Source of the DNA: Vulcanimicrobiota bacterium | Lineage (GTDB): Bacteria; Vulcanimicrobiota; Vulcanimicrobiia; Vulcanimicrobiales; Vulcanimicrobiaceae | Direction of reading: 5' to 3' | Assembly (NCBI GenBank): GCA_963695225.1 | Contig: OY968762.1 | Span: 2,144,001 to 2,208,000, forward strand | Length of the DNA: 64,000 nt | Shown: positions 43,372 through 53,248 of the stretch, one piece after another | How positions within the stretch are numbered: position 1 is the stretch's first letter | How the letters are laid out: the number at the start of each line of letters is the position of its first letter | Translations under genes and position numbers: made by a program | Notes under the pieces: generated by a model | Seen by the model: only the letters and a program-made list of their open reading frames with translations | What the model was told of the DNA's origin: nothing | Database searches by the model: none

Positions 43372-44642
43372 CGCGTTGCGAACGCGAGCTTGCGTTCGAG
43401 CGTATCGATCGCATGCTCCCACGTGTACCGGGCGGCCGTCGCGCGGCCGTTCGCCCGCATCGCCTCGGCGCGTACCCTGTCGTCGACGACGCCCGCAAGA
43501 TACGAGGCGAGTTCGCGCCCGTCGTCGAGATCGCAGACGATCGCGTTGACGAACGGCTCGGCGTATTCTTCGCCGGTCGCACCGCAGACGGCGAGCCCGC
43601 CCGCAGCCATCACTTCCAGGCCGACGAGGCCGAACGGTTCCTTCTTGCTGTTCGCGAGGACGGCGTCCGCCGCGGCGTAGAGAGCGTAGAGCAAGCGGGC
43701 CTCCAAGAAGGCGTGCAGGTTGACGATGTCGCTCGTCGTCCGTTCGAGTTCGGCGAAGAGATCTTCGGGGTCGGCCCCCGAAAAACGGACGTCCTCGATG
43801 CGCAGTCCCTGGTCGCGCGCTCGAGCGAAAACCTCGTTCGCGTAGCCCTCGCGGCCGCCCCGCACGATCAAACGCGGTGCCCAACCCTCCTCGCGCAGCT
43901 TCGCGACCGCGTCGATCGCCGAGAACCAGGCTTTGTCGGGATCGAACCGGCCGACTTTGACGAGCAGCGGGCGCCCGCCGAGCGCTTTGCGGAAGCCGTC
44001 GACGTGCCGTTCGCTCGGGCCTTCCAGAAGGCGCGCGGGGATGCCGTTGGGGATCACGAGCGCGGACGCGCCGCGCAGCGCGAGCTCGAACTTCATGTAT
44101 TTGCTGACGGCCGTGATCGTGGTCGCGGCGGAGAGCCGGCGAAAATCGATGCGCTCGAAGCCGTACGTATTATTGGCGTTCCAGAAGATGCGGGCCGCGT
44201 CGCGCAGGCCGCGCATTGCGAGCTCGCGGTCCAGCGCGATCGCTGCGGGGGCGGTCTGCCAATCCTCGGCGAGCACGATCGCGCGCTCGCCGCGTGCGGC
44301 CGCCGGAAGGATCAGCTCGTCGATCAAGAAGCGCGGGACGCTCGAGGTGTAGTCGTTGATCTTCCCCTCTTGCCCGTCGTAGACGGTCCGAGGGTGGTAG
44401 GCCGAGATCCACTGCCCCCAACGCCGGAGTCGCACGTTCTCGGCATACTCCTCTACCGGCGGCAGCGCAGGATCCCCGATGAAGATCAGCTCGGTCGGAT
44501 ATCCGCGTTCGCCGAGGGCGCTCGCAAGTTCGGTAGCTCGTACCCCGAGCCCCCCGACCATCGAATACGGGTCTGGGCCTTCGAACGAGAGTACGGCGAC
44601 GGGCGGGCGCGGCGAGATCTCGGTGTGCGGAAGGTTCGGCAT
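43368..44642 (-). CDS. GT4 glycosyltransferase (glycogen-synthase-like N-terminus)
   Basis: [22 protein letters not shown]. Confidence 0.8.
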   Translation of the reverse strand: MPNLPHTEISPRPPVAVLSFEGPDPYSMVGGLGVRATELASALGERGYPTELIFIGDPALPPVEEYAENVRLRRWGQWISAYHPRTVYDGQEGKINDYTSSVPRFLIDELILPAAARGERAIVLAEDWQTAPAAIALDRELAMRGLRDAARIFWNANNTYGFERIDFRRLSAATTITAVSKYMKFELALRGASALVIPNGIPARLLEGPSERHVDGFRKALGGRPLLVKVGRFDPDKAWFSAIDAVAKLREEGWAPRLIVRGGREGYANEVFARARDQGLRIEDVRFSGADPEDLFAELERTTSDIVNLHAFLEARLLYALYAAADAVLANSKKEPFGLVGLEVMAAGGLAVCGATGEEYAEPFVNAIVCDLDDGRELASYLAGVVDDRVRAEAMRANGRATAARYTWEHAIDTLERKLAFATR

Positions 44643-44730
44643 CGGACTTTCGGATCGCAGATAGTGGGCTTGGGGACCGGCTTCGGCAAGCGCTTTGCAT
44701 TTGCCCGCGGTGCGGCAGGTCGCAGGGCGA

Positions 44731-47400
44731 CTACAGAACGTCGCGTCCGGGGCGGCCGCCCGGCTCGTGGGCGTGCGCGGCGCAATCGTGGATCAGCTTC
44801 GCGACGAGGCCGGTCCAGCCGGTCTGATGGCTTGCGCCGAGCCCCTTCCCCGTGTCGCCGTCGAAGTATTCGTGGAACACGACGAGGTCGCGCCAGTTCG
44901 GATCCGTGCGAAAGAGGGGCTCGCCGCCGTGGGCGGGCCGTTCGCCGTTCGCATCCCGCTCGAACAATCCGATCAGACGTTCCGAGAGGACGTGGGCGAC
45001 TTGCCGGAGCGTGAGACGATTCCCGGATCCTGCGGGGCACTCGATCGTCAGATCCGCACCGTAGTAGGAATCGTACTTCTCGAGCGCCTCGATCAAGAGG
45101 AAATTCAGCGGAAACCACACGGGGCCGCGCCAGTTCGAGTTTCCTCCGAAGAGCCCGGTGCGCGATTCGGCGGGTTCGTATTCGACGCAGTACTCCATGC
45201 CGTCGAGCGAGACGCGGAACGGGTCGGCGCGGTGGGCCCGCGAGAGCGAACGGAGCCCGTGCTCGCTCAAGAAGCGCTCCTCCGAGAGAACGCGCGTGAG
45301 GATGCGTTCGAGTTGCGTGCGGTTGCAGATCGCGAGGAGGCGGCGCTCTTGCATCCCCTTCGTCTGCATGCAGGCGACGTTCGCCCTCAGGTCCGGACGG
45401 TTCTCTATGAACCAGCTCAGGCGCTTGGAGAAACCGGGCAGGCGCTCGAGCACCGCCGGTTCCAGGATCTCGTGCGCGAACAGCGGGATGAGGCCCACGA
45501 TCGAGCGCACTTTCAGGGGGATCCTCTTCCCGCGGTAGATCAATACGTCGTAATACGAGGCGTCGGTTTCGTCCCACAGTCCGCCGCTCTCGCCGGCGAT
45601 TTCGTTCATCGCCGCCGCCATGTAGAGAAAGTGCTCGAAGAACTTCGTCGCGATGTCTTCGTAGACGCTATTCCTCTGCGCGAGCTCGAGCGCGATCGCG
45701 AGCATGCTGAGCGCGTACATGCCCATCCAGCCGCTCCCGTCCGCCTGCTCGAGATGAGCGCCCGGCACGAGCGCGCTCCGGTCGAACGGCCCGATGTTGT
45801 CGAGACCGAGAAACCCGCCCTCGAAGACGTTGTAGCCCTCGGCATCCTTGCGGTTGACCCACCACGTGAAGTTGAGCAACAGCTTCTGAAAGACTCGCTC
45901 GAGGAAGTGGTAATCCTTGCGCCCGCCGTTCTCCGCTTCCAGGCGGAAGATGCGATAGGCCGCCCACGCGTGCACCGGCGGATTCACGTCGCCGAACGAC
46001 CACTCGTAGGCGGGGATCTGCCCGTTCGGATGCAGGTACGATTCGCGCGTCAGCAGGACGAGCTGGTGCTTGGCGAATTCTGGATCGATCTGCGCGAGCG
46101 GGACGACGTGGAACGCGAGATCCCAGGCTGCGAACCACGGGTACTCCCACGTATCCGGCATCGAGATCACGTCTTCGGCGTAGAACGCCTCCCACAGGTG
46201 GTTGCGTCCTTCGAGCCGTTCCGCCGGGGGCGGCGGAGACGCGGGGTCGCCGTCCAGCCAATCGCGGACGACGTAGTGGTAGTATTGCTTCGACCAGAGC
46301 AGACCCGCGTACGCTTGGCGCTGGATCGCGCGGCGCTCGTCGCCGATCGGAAACGGCAACAGCTCGGCATAGAAGTGATCGGCCTCGAGGCGCCGTTGCG
46401 CGACGAGCGCGTCGAAGGAAGCGTCGAATCGCGGGACGTCCCACGACCGGCACAAGCGCATCCGCACGACCGCGCTCTCGCCCGCGGCGAGCGTGCGCGC
46501 GTACAGCGCGGCGGCCTTCGTCCCGGTGCGCGCGGGGTTGACGGCGGCCGGGTTCCGGCCGACGACGAAGGCGTGGAACGCGTCCTTTGAGTACGGGGAA
46601 GCGTTCGGGGTTCCGAAGAGGCGCTCGGCGTTCGTTTCGTTTTCCGCGAACAGCAGGTCGTCGGCGCCTTCGAAGAACAGCCGGAACGCGCCGAGGGACT
46701 CGTCGCGCGCGAGGAGGACGGGAATCGCGCCGTCCGCTTCGACGCCGATCGAGGGCTTCGGCGCGCCCTCCTTCCACGACCACGTGTTGCGGTACCACAG
46801 CGTCGGAAGCAGGTGCAGGGGCGCCGCGTCCGGTCCGCGATTCGTCGCCCGCAGCACGATCGCGAGATCGTCGACGTCGGCCTTCGCGTACTCGATCTCG
46901 ATGTCGAAGTAGCGGCTCTCTTCGAAGATGCCCGTGTCGATGAGTTCGAACTCGGGATCTTCCTTCGTGCGGCGGCGGTTCTCTTCGACGAGCCGCGCAT
47001 ATGGAAACGCGCCCTGCGGATACTTGTACAGCATCTTCATGTACGCGTGCGAGGGCACGTTGTCGAGGTAGAAATAACACTCCTTGACGTCCTCGCCGTG
47101 GTTGCCTTCGTGCCCGGAAAGGCCGAAGAACCGCTCTTTGAGGATCGGATCGGCGCCGTTCCAGAACGCGAACGCAAGGCAGAGACGCTGGCGGATGTCG
47201 CTGATCCCGCCGATCCCGTCTTCGCCCCAGCGGTACGCGCGGGAACGCGCGTGATCGTGCGGGAGATACGTCCACGCGTCTCCGTCGGCGCTGTAATCCT
47301 CGCGAACCGTGCCCCACTGGCGTTCGCTCAAGTACGGCCCGAACCGACGCCAGCCTTCGACTTGGCCGCCTTCCTCGATGCGCCGGCGTTCCGGGTTCAC
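44731..47400 (-). CDS. GH63-like glucosidase (MGH1-like)
   Basis: GPYLSERQWGTVREDYS, MPDxWEYPWFAAWDLAFH, NSNWRGPVW, FHEYF, GASHQTGWT; GTG start at 47400. Confidence 0.88.
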   Translation of the reverse strand: MNPERRRIEEGGQVEGWRRFGPYLSERQWGTVREDYSADGDAWTYLPHDHARSRAYRWGEDGIGGISDIRQRLCLAFAFWNGADPILKERFFGLSGHEGNHGEDVKECYFYLDNVPSHAYMKMLYKYPQGAFPYARLVEENRRRTKEDPEFELIDTGIFEESRYFDIEIEYAKADVDDLAIVLRATNRGPDAAPLHLLPTLWYRNTWSWKEGAPKPSIGVEADGAIPVLLARDESLGAFRLFFEGADDLLFAENETNAERLFGTPNASPYSKDAFHAFVVGRNPAAVNPARTGTKAAALYARTLAAGESAVVRMRLCRSWDVPRFDASFDALVAQRRLEADHFYAELLPFPIGDERRAIQRQAYAGLLWSKQYYHYVVRDWLDGDPASPPPPAERLEGRNHLWEAFYAEDVISMPDTWEYPWFAAWDLAFHVVPLAQIDPEFAKHQLVLLTRESYLHPNGQIPAYEWSFGDVNPPVHAWAAYRIFRLEAENGGRKDYHFLERVFQKLLLNFTWWVNRKDAEGYNVFEGGFLGLDNIGPFDRSALVPGAHLEQADGSGWMGMYALSMLAIALELAQRNSVYEDIATKFFEHFLYMAAAMNEIAGESGGLWDETDASYYDVLIYRGKRIPLKVRSIVGLIPLFAHEILEPAVLERLPGFSKRLSWFIENRPDLRANVACMQTKGMQERRLLAICNRTQLERILTRVLSEERFLSEHGLRSLSRAHRADPFRVSLDGMEYCVEYEPAESRTGLFGGNSNWRGPVWFPLNFLLIEALEKYDSYYGADLTIECPAGSGNRLTLRQVAHVLSERLIGLFERDANGERPAHGGEPLFRTDPNWRDLVVFHEYFDGDTGKGLGASHQTGWTGLVAKLIHDCAAHAHEPGGRPGRDVL

Positions 47401-47969
47401 GGGGCTGCGGCACGGTTCGCGATGCGCCGAAACTCTTCGGCCGTCAGCCGAAAATAGGCAACGTCCCGGCCGTAGTACCGGGCGATGCCGCAATCTCGCA
47501 TCCCGAGGCGCCGCATCACGTTCGTAGACTTGTGATTCTCCGGCATCGCGATCGAGACGATCGCCTCGAGCCCGACGCGCTCGAATCCGTAGCGCAGAAC
47601 CGCCTGCGCCGCTTCCGTCGCATATCCGCGCCCCCAATAGGCCGCATCGAGAATCCAGCCGATTTCGACCTCGTCGTCCGAAACCGGCAGGTCCTGCATT
47701 CCGCACCAACCGATCAGCCGGTCCTCGCCGCGTTCGGTGAGGGCCCACATCGCATAGGGGCTCGAACGGCCGCGTTCCAGGAGACGTTCGAACATCGCTT
47801 CCGCCTCCTGCGCGGTGCGGGCGCCGGAACCGCCGCCGGGGCGGCCGATGTAGCGCATCACGACGGGATCGGCGGCCAGTTCGACCAGCCGCGAGCGATC
47901 GGCCGGGGCGAACGTCCTTATGACGAGCCGCTTCGTGCGTGCGATTTCGCGCGTTACCACCTGCGTCAC
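47397..47969 (-). CDS. GNAT acetyltransferase (RimJ/RimL-like)
   Basis: TKRLVIR, EIGW, WGRGYATEAA, NxxS..V..RLGM. Confidence 0.9.
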   Translation of the reverse strand: MTQVVTREIARTKRLVIRTFAPADRSRLVELAADPVVMRYIGRPGGGSGARTAQEAEAMFERLLERGRSSPYAMWALTERGEDRLIGWCGMQDLPVSDDEVEIGWILDAAYWGRGYATEAAQAVLRYGFERVGLEAIVSIAMPENHKSTNVMRRLGMRDCGIARYYGRDVAYFRLTAEEFRRIANRAAAP

Positions 47970-48117
47970 GTCCCCCTCTGAAGGCGCGGTCCCGGCGTCC
48001 GCTCACCGTGGCGCGCTTTTCGGTGCCGCTCGCGTCAGACCCCGTGCAGCTTCGGGCCGGCCGCGCGCCCCCTGCCCCGGCGCGGAGTTCGGCCGGGCGT
48101 GCCGAAGCACGTCCAGC

Positions 48118-48297
48118 GTGAGCACCGAACGTATCGAATGCAGTAATGAGAAGTGCCAGTGCTTCGTCACGGCGACTCTTGACCCGAAATTCAGCGAGCC
48201 GATCGAAGCCTATTGCGACGACTCGTGCCGTGAAGCGGCCAGCGGCGAAGAGAACGAGATGTGCGGCTGCGGGCACCCGGCCTGCGATACGCCGTAG
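48118..48297 (+). CDS. Metallothionein-like Cys-rich small protein (59 aa)
   Basis: CxxxxCxC...YCxxxC...CxCGHxxC: 8 Cys and 1 His; GTG start, no strong SD. Confidence 0.7.
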   Translation: MSTERIECSNEKCQCFVTATLDPKFSEPIEAYCDDSCREAASGEENEMCGCGHPACDTP

Positions 48298-48342
48298 CCG
48301 TTCGGCTCGGCCGCGGCGCTCGGGCCGGCGCGTAGTTCCCGT

Positions 48343-48666
48343 ATGGAACGGCCGCGGTTCGTCGGCGCGGAGATCGAACCCCTCGCGGGTTCCGGCGACG
48401 CTGACGCGCTCGCGCGCGGCGAGCCGGGTGCGCCTGCGTCGTTCTTCTGGGAGGGGCGCCGCTACGACGTGCGGCGCGTGCTCTCGCGTTGGAAGACGAC
48501 GCGCACGGACCGGGGCGATACGTACGTCGCCCGGCACTGGTTCGAGGTCGAGACGGCGACCGGCGAGACGATGCGTTTGTATTGCGAGCGCGGGCCGAAG
48601 GCGGGCGGATCGCGTTGGCGGCTGTATACGATCTGCGCGAGCGGCGGCGGACCGGAGACGGAATGA
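48343..48666 (+). CDS. Small hypothetical beta-rich protein (DUF6504-like)
   Basis: P..F.WEGRRY.V..V...W...R.WF.V pattern. Confidence 0.65.
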   Translation: MERPRFVGAEIEPLAGSGDADALARGEPGAPASFFWEGRRYDVRRVLSRWKTTRTDRGDTYVARHWFEVETATGETMRLYCERGPKAGGSRWRLYTICASGGGPETE

Positions 48667-48675
48667 GGTGAGCGC

Positions 48676-50268
48676 GTGAACTCTTCGCATCCGAGCCGGG
48701 CCGTCGCACGTACGGCGCGCGGCATGGTCGCGACGCCGCATTGGGGCGCGACGCTCGCCGGCCTCGATGCGTTGCGCCGGGGCGGGACGGCGGCCGATGC
48801 GGCGATCGCCGCGAACGGCGTCCTCTCCGTCGTGTATCCGGCGAGTTGCGGGCTCGGCGGGGATGCGTTCTGGCTCGTCTACGAACCGCGCACGCGCGAG
48901 GTGATCGCGTACAACGGAAGCGGGCGGGCGCCGAAGGGATTGCACGCCGCGCTCGTGCGCGAACGCGGATACGAGGCGATGCCGCAACGCGGCGCGCTGA
49001 CCGTCACCGTTCCCGGAGCGGTGCGCTCTTGGGAAGACGTCGCGCGCGTTCACGGCCGTTTCGGCCTCGACGAGCTGCTGCGGCCGGCGGAGGCCGCGGC
49101 GCGCGACGGTTACGTCGTCACCGACGTCGTCGCCGCGTACTTCGCGTCGAACGAGGCGTTGCTGCGGGCGGATCCGGATGCCGCGGCGCTGTTCCTCGCG
49201 CGGGGCGTTCCGAAGGCGGGCGACACGCTCGCGAATCTTCCGCTCGCCGCGACGCTGCGTGCGATCCGTTCCGGCGGCGCCGATGCATTCTATCGCGGTC
49301 CGATCGCGGAATCGATCGCGCGCTGGGTCTCGCGCGGGGGGAATCCGATGACGGTCGAGGATCTGGCGGCGCAGCGCACGGAGCGGACGGCGCCGCTCCG
49401 GATTCCCTGGCACGGGGCCGAGGTTTACGCGCATCCGCCGAATTCGCAAGGCGCGGTCGCGCTGATGGCGCTCGGCGCGCTGGCGAACGACGGCGCCGCG
49501 AGCGATCTGGAATGGACGCATCTCGCGATCGAAGCCCTCAAGTACGCCTTCGACGCGCGCGACGAACGCATCGCCGAGCCCTCCGCGATGCGCGCGCCGA
49601 TCGAGGATCTCCTGACGCCGGAGGCGTTCGCGCGCGTGCGCGGCGCGCTCGATCCCTCCCGCGCGCGCGTGCGCCGGCATCCGGCCGATCGCAGCGGAAC
49701 GATCGCGATCGTCGCCGTCGACGCCGAACGGCGGGCGGTCTCGCTGATCGAGAGCCTGTACATGAACTTCGGTTCGGGGATATTACCCGAAGGAACGGGC
49801 GTGCTGCTGCAAAACCGAGGCACGTACTTCTCGCTCGAAGCGGGGCATCCGAACGAACTCGCCGGCCACAAGCGCCCGCTCCACACGCTTTCGCCCGGCA
49901 TGTTGTTGCGCGACGGCGTCCCGGAACTCGTCTACGGCACGATGGGCGGCGACGGGCAGCCGCAGACGCAGGTGCAGCTGCTACACAATTTCTACGAGCG
50001 CGGGATGTCGCTCCAAGCGGCGATCGACGCGCCGCGCTTCGTCTACGGGCGCGATAGCGAGAGCGCTTACGCAGATGCGGTCACGCTCGAAGCGCGCGCG
50101 CCGGCGGAGCTCGTGGACGGGTTGCGAGCGCGCGGGCACGCCGTCGAGGTCATCGGACCGTACGAAAACAAGCTCGGCCACGCGCACGCGATCTTCGTCG
50201 ATCGCGCCAGCGGCACGCTGGCGGGGGCCTCGGATCCGCGCGCGGATTCCGCGGCGCTCGGCGTGTAA
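48676..50268 (+). CDS. ggt: Gamma-glutamyltransferase
   Basis: GLGGD, TVPG, autocleavage Thr (SGT), NRG, RPLHTL, GTMGGDGQPQ, SDPR. Confidence 0.9.
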   Translation: MNSSHPSRAVARTARGMVATPHWGATLAGLDALRRGGTAADAAIAANGVLSVVYPASCGLGGDAFWLVYEPRTREVIAYNGSGRAPKGLHAALVRERGYEAMPQRGALTVTVPGAVRSWEDVARVHGRFGLDELLRPAEAAARDGYVVTDVVAAYFASNEALLRADPDAAALFLARGVPKAGDTLANLPLAATLRAIRSGGADAFYRGPIAESIARWVSRGGNPMTVEDLAAQRTERTAPLRIPWHGAEVYAHPPNSQGAVALMALGALANDGAASDLEWTHLAIEALKYAFDARDERIAEPSAMRAPIEDLLTPEAFARVRGALDPSRARVRRHPADRSGTIAIVAVDAERRAVSLIESLYMNFGSGILPEGTGVLLQNRGTYFSLEAGHPNELAGHKRPLHTLSPGMLLRDGVPELVYGTMGGDGQPQTQVQLLHNFYERGMSLQAAIDAPRFVYGRDSESAYADAVTLEARAPAELVDGLRARGHAVEVIGPYENKLGHAHAIFVDRASGTLAGASDPRADSAALGV

Positions 50269-50275
50269 ACGTAAT

Positions 50276-50292
50276 TGTCTACAGCGTAGACA
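50276..50292. promoter_or_regulatory. Perfect palindrome upstream of the ECF operon
   Basis: TGTCTAC-AGC-GTAGACA in an AT-rich patch. Confidence 0.5.
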
Positions 50293-50502
50293 TTTATCGA
50301 GCAGGCAATCCGAAGAGAAAGTCATACCGTTCCTTCCTCAACTGCGGCGTGCCGTTGTTGCAGGAGGGCTTGCTTGCTCGCTCCCATCTCGTCCCGCTTG
50401 ACGCAGTTGGCGCTCACGTTGCCGGCCGGAGCCGCTCGCACGACGCAACCTCTACGCGCGGCTCTTCCTCAGCTGCCGATGTGCGGCGGAGTTCCACGCT
50501 GG

Positions 50503-51588
50503 ATGCGGCTCTACTATCTCCTGTTCGGCGTTTGGCTTTGCACGACCGGCATGCACATCCCCGACGGGTATCTCAGTCCCGTAACCTGCGCCGTGATGTT
50601 CGCGTTGGTTTTCCCCTTTTGGATCAGGGGCGTGCAACAGCTGCGCGAACGAATTTCCGCCAAGACCGTTCCCGTCGTCGCGTTATTCGCGGCCTTCTGT
50701 TTTGTGCTCATGATGTTCAACGTGCCCCTGCCGGGTGGAACGACCGGCCACGCCGTCGGGGGCGCGTTGGCGGCGATCGTTCTGGGGCCGGAAATCGCGA
50801 CGGTCGCCGTCTCGATCGCGCTCGTCATCCAGGCTTTCTTCTTCGGCGACGGCGGCATTCTCGCGATCGGGGCAAATTGCTTCAACATGGGCGTCGTGCT
50901 CCCGTATGTCGGCTATGCCGTGTACCGAGCCTTTTCAAGGAATGAAACGCTGAATTCCAGGCGCAGGGTCGCCGGCGCGGCGGCCGGCGGCTGGGCCGGC
51001 CTGACGATCGCGTCGTTCTTTGCCGCGGTCGAATTTGGTATCCAACCTCTGCTTTGGCACACCGCGGACGGCACGCCGCTCTATGCGCCGTATCCCCTAT
51101 CGATCTCGATTCCCGCCATGGTGATACCGCATGCGTTCATCGCTTCCGTGGTGGAGGCCCTCGTGGCGGGTCTCGTGGTGGCGTATCTGCTGAGTGCGAA
51201 CCCGGCCGCGCTGGCAATGAACGACGCCCGGTTTGCGCCCGCAGCGCACGGCTTTGCCAAATGGCGCGCCCTATGGGTAGCGCTGGCCGCGCTGATCTTC
51301 GTCACGCCGCTCGGATTGTTGGCGCCGGGAACTGCCTGGGGCGAATGGGGCGCCGAAGAGCTCACGAGCCTGGGGTTGCATTTCGTCCCGAAGGGACTAG
51401 CGCAGCTTTCGGGGCTCTGGTCCGCGCCGATGCCCGACTACAACGTTCCCGCCCTAGGAAATGCGAATATCGGCTACATTCTTTCCGCAGGTGTGGGGGC
51501 TTCGGTCATCGTCGGCGTCGCCTGGCTGTTCAGCATGTTGGTTACCGGCGGCAAACCATCCTCAGCGGAAATGTCCGCCGGCGAGTGA
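50503..51588 (+). CDS. Ni/Co ECF substrate component, NikMN/CbiM fused to a PDGLE-type domain
   Basis: MHIPDG at 50551, GTTGH, FGDGG, WGEW...PDY; in-frame hydrophobic leader from ATG 50503. Confidence 0.9.
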   Translation: MRLYYLLFGVWLCTTGMHIPDGYLSPVTCAVMFALVFPFWIRGVQQLRERISAKTVPVVALFAAFCFVLMMFNVPLPGGTTGHAVGGALAAIVLGPEIATVAVSIALVIQAFFFGDGGILAIGANCFNMGVVLPYVGYAVYRAFSRNETLNSRRRVAGAAAGGWAGLTIASFFAAVEFGIQPLLWHTADGTPLYAPYPLSISIPAMVIPHAFIASVVEALVAGLVVAYLLSANPAALAMNDARFAPAAHGFAKWRALWVALAALIFVTPLGLLAPGTAWGEWGAEELTSLGLHFVPKGLAQLSGLWSAPMPDYNVPALGNANIGYILSAGVGASVIVGVAWLFSMLVTGGKPSSAEMSAGE

Positions 51589-52430
51589 GCGAATCCGCTC
51601 GGCATTCCGGTTCGAAGGGTCGCTACGGGTTCGTCGACCACGCGCTCGCCGACATCAACGAAGCGTTGGAGCATTCCGTCTTTTCCGAGAAGATCGCGCG
51701 GCAAGAGGGATTGCTCCAGGCCCTGGATCCGCGTCTGAAGGTGATCGCGATGATCGCGCTCTTGTTCGCGGTCAGCCTCTCCCATCAGCTCGCGGTGATC
51801 GCCGCCTTGTACGCGTGCGCGCTGATCTTGGCGGCTCTGTCGGCCGTGCCTCTGGGCTTCTTCATAAAGCGAGTGTGGCTCTTCATTCCGTTCTTTACCG
51901 GGATCGTCGCGCTGCCTGCGCCGTTCATCACGCCCGGGCCCGTCCTGGTCCATTTGCCGATGGGCCTCGCCATGACCCGCACGGGAACGATGACGGCGCT
52001 TTTCCTGTTGTTGAGGGTCGGCACGTCGGTCTCGTTTGCGGTCTTGTTCGTCTTGTGCACTCCCTGGAACAGCGTGCTGCGGGCGCTGGGGATATTGCGG
52101 GTTCCCGACGTCATCGTCCTGATGCTGGGGATGACGTACCGCTACATCCACTTGCTCTTGCACGTCGCCGGCGACATGATCCAATCCCGCAAGAGCCGGA
52201 TCCTCAGACGAATGAGCGGAGCCCAAGAGCGTCGCCTGATCGGCGCCTCCTCCGGGACCTTATTAGGTAAGTCGTTGCAGTTGAGCGGCGAAGTCTATCT
52301 CGCGATGGTGTCGCGAGGATACCGAGGCTACCCGCGGACGATCGAGCGCTTTCGGATGCGCTGGTTCGATTGGGCGGCTGCCCTCGCCGTGAGCGTGATA
52401 ACCTCTGCGGCAATGTGGTTTGGGCGCTGA
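51585..52430 (+). CDS. ECF transmembrane T component (CbiQ/NikQ)
   Basis: LDPRLK, TYRY, KSR and AMVSRG motifs. Confidence 0.9.
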   Translation: MSESARHSGSKGRYGFVDHALADINEALEHSVFSEKIARQEGLLQALDPRLKVIAMIALLFAVSLSHQLAVIAALYACALILAALSAVPLGFFIKRVWLFIPFFTGIVALPAPFITPGPVLVHLPMGLAMTRTGTMTALFLLLRVGTSVSFAVLFVLCTPWNSVLRALGILRVPDVIVLMLGMTYRYIHLLLHVAGDMIQSRKSRILRRMSGAQERRLIGASSGTLLGKSLQLSGEVYLAMVSRGYRGYPRTIERFRMRWFDWAAALAVSVITSAAMWFGR

Positions 52431-53212
52431 TGGTTCAGGCGATTCGCGTCGACCGTCTCAAGGATGTCGGCGTGCCGGTTTTCGAGGTGAGGGATCTCTG
52501 CTATTCGTACGGCGATCACGGCTCGGCATTGGAACGCGTCTCCCTCGCGATCTACCGGGGCGAGAGGCTCGCTATCTTGGGAGCTAATGGTTCGGGCAAG
52601 AGCACGCTGCTGAAGATTTTGGACGGGCTGTACTACTCGAGCAGCGGCAGCGTGAGAGCGTTCGGCCAGGTCCTCTCGGAGCAGGCCTTCCGGGACGACC
52701 GCTTCAATTTCGACTTTCGTTCGCGGGTCGGCTTCGTGTTCCAAGACAGCGATGCGCAGCTCTTCATGCCCTCCGTCTGGGAAGAGATCGCTTTTGGCCC
52801 GCTCCAGTTGGGAGTGGATGAGTCCGAGGTGGCCGAACGGGTCGAAGCGGCGCTCCGCGCTCTACGGATCGAGAAGCTGCGCGATCGTCCCCCGCATCAA
52901 TTATCCGGGGGCGAAAAGAAACAGGTCGCTCTTGCATCGGTGCTCAGCCTGTCGCCCGAGGTCTGGATGCTGGACGAGCCTTCGGCTGGGTTGGATCCGC
53001 GTAGCGTTTCCTGGCTGATGGACTTCATCGTCCAACAAGGCGCCGCCGGAAAGACCGTCGTCCTGTCGACGCACGATTTGGCGCTCGTCGAAGCGACGGC
53101 TGACCGCGTGTATGTCTTGGACGAAAGCCATCGCATCGTCGCAGAAGGCGTGCCGCAAGAAATACTCTCTGACCGTGCTCTCTTGGTGAAGGCAAACCTC
53201 ATCCGCGACTAG
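52430..53212 (+). CDS. ECF ATPase (CbiO/NikO)
   Basis: GANGSGKS, FQD Q-loop, LSGGEK, LDEP, THD. Confidence 0.92.
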   Translation: MVQAIRVDRLKDVGVPVFEVRDLCYSYGDHGSALERVSLAIYRGERLAILGANGSGKSTLLKILDGLYYSSSGSVRAFGQVLSEQAFRDDRFNFDFRSRVGFVFQDSDAQLFMPSVWEEIAFGPLQLGVDESEVAERVEAALRALRIEKLRDRPPHQLSGGEKKQVALASVLSLSPEVWMLDEPSAGLDPRSVSWLMDFIVQQGAAGKTVVLSTHDLALVEATADRVYVLDESHRIVAEGVPQEILSDRALLVKANLIRD

Positions 53213-53248
53213 CCGGGCGCTGCGGCGCGGCCGGTCAACGGCCGCTTC

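Noticed and set aside
43372..43884. N-terminal extension of the ManC/PMM ORF
   Set aside because: Overlaps the GT4 in another frame; the canonical MKAVVMAGG start overlaps the GT4 stop
47401..49680. N-terminal ~760 aa of the 1649-aa ORF, suggesting a giant fusion
   Set aside because: Overlaps the GNAT, metallothionein, DUF6504-like and ggt genes; GH63 homology begins at GTG 47400
49981..50325. Minus-strand ORF with a strong SD (MTFSSDCLLDKC...)
   Set aside because: Mostly antisense to ggt with no recognisable product; SD may be coincidental
50296..50370. GAGCAGGCAAT resembling a NiCo riboswitch 5' strand, and a TCATAC NikR half-site
   Set aside because: The downstream GCCGGGC...GCAACAG core is absent, and there is no GTATGA partner at the expected spacing
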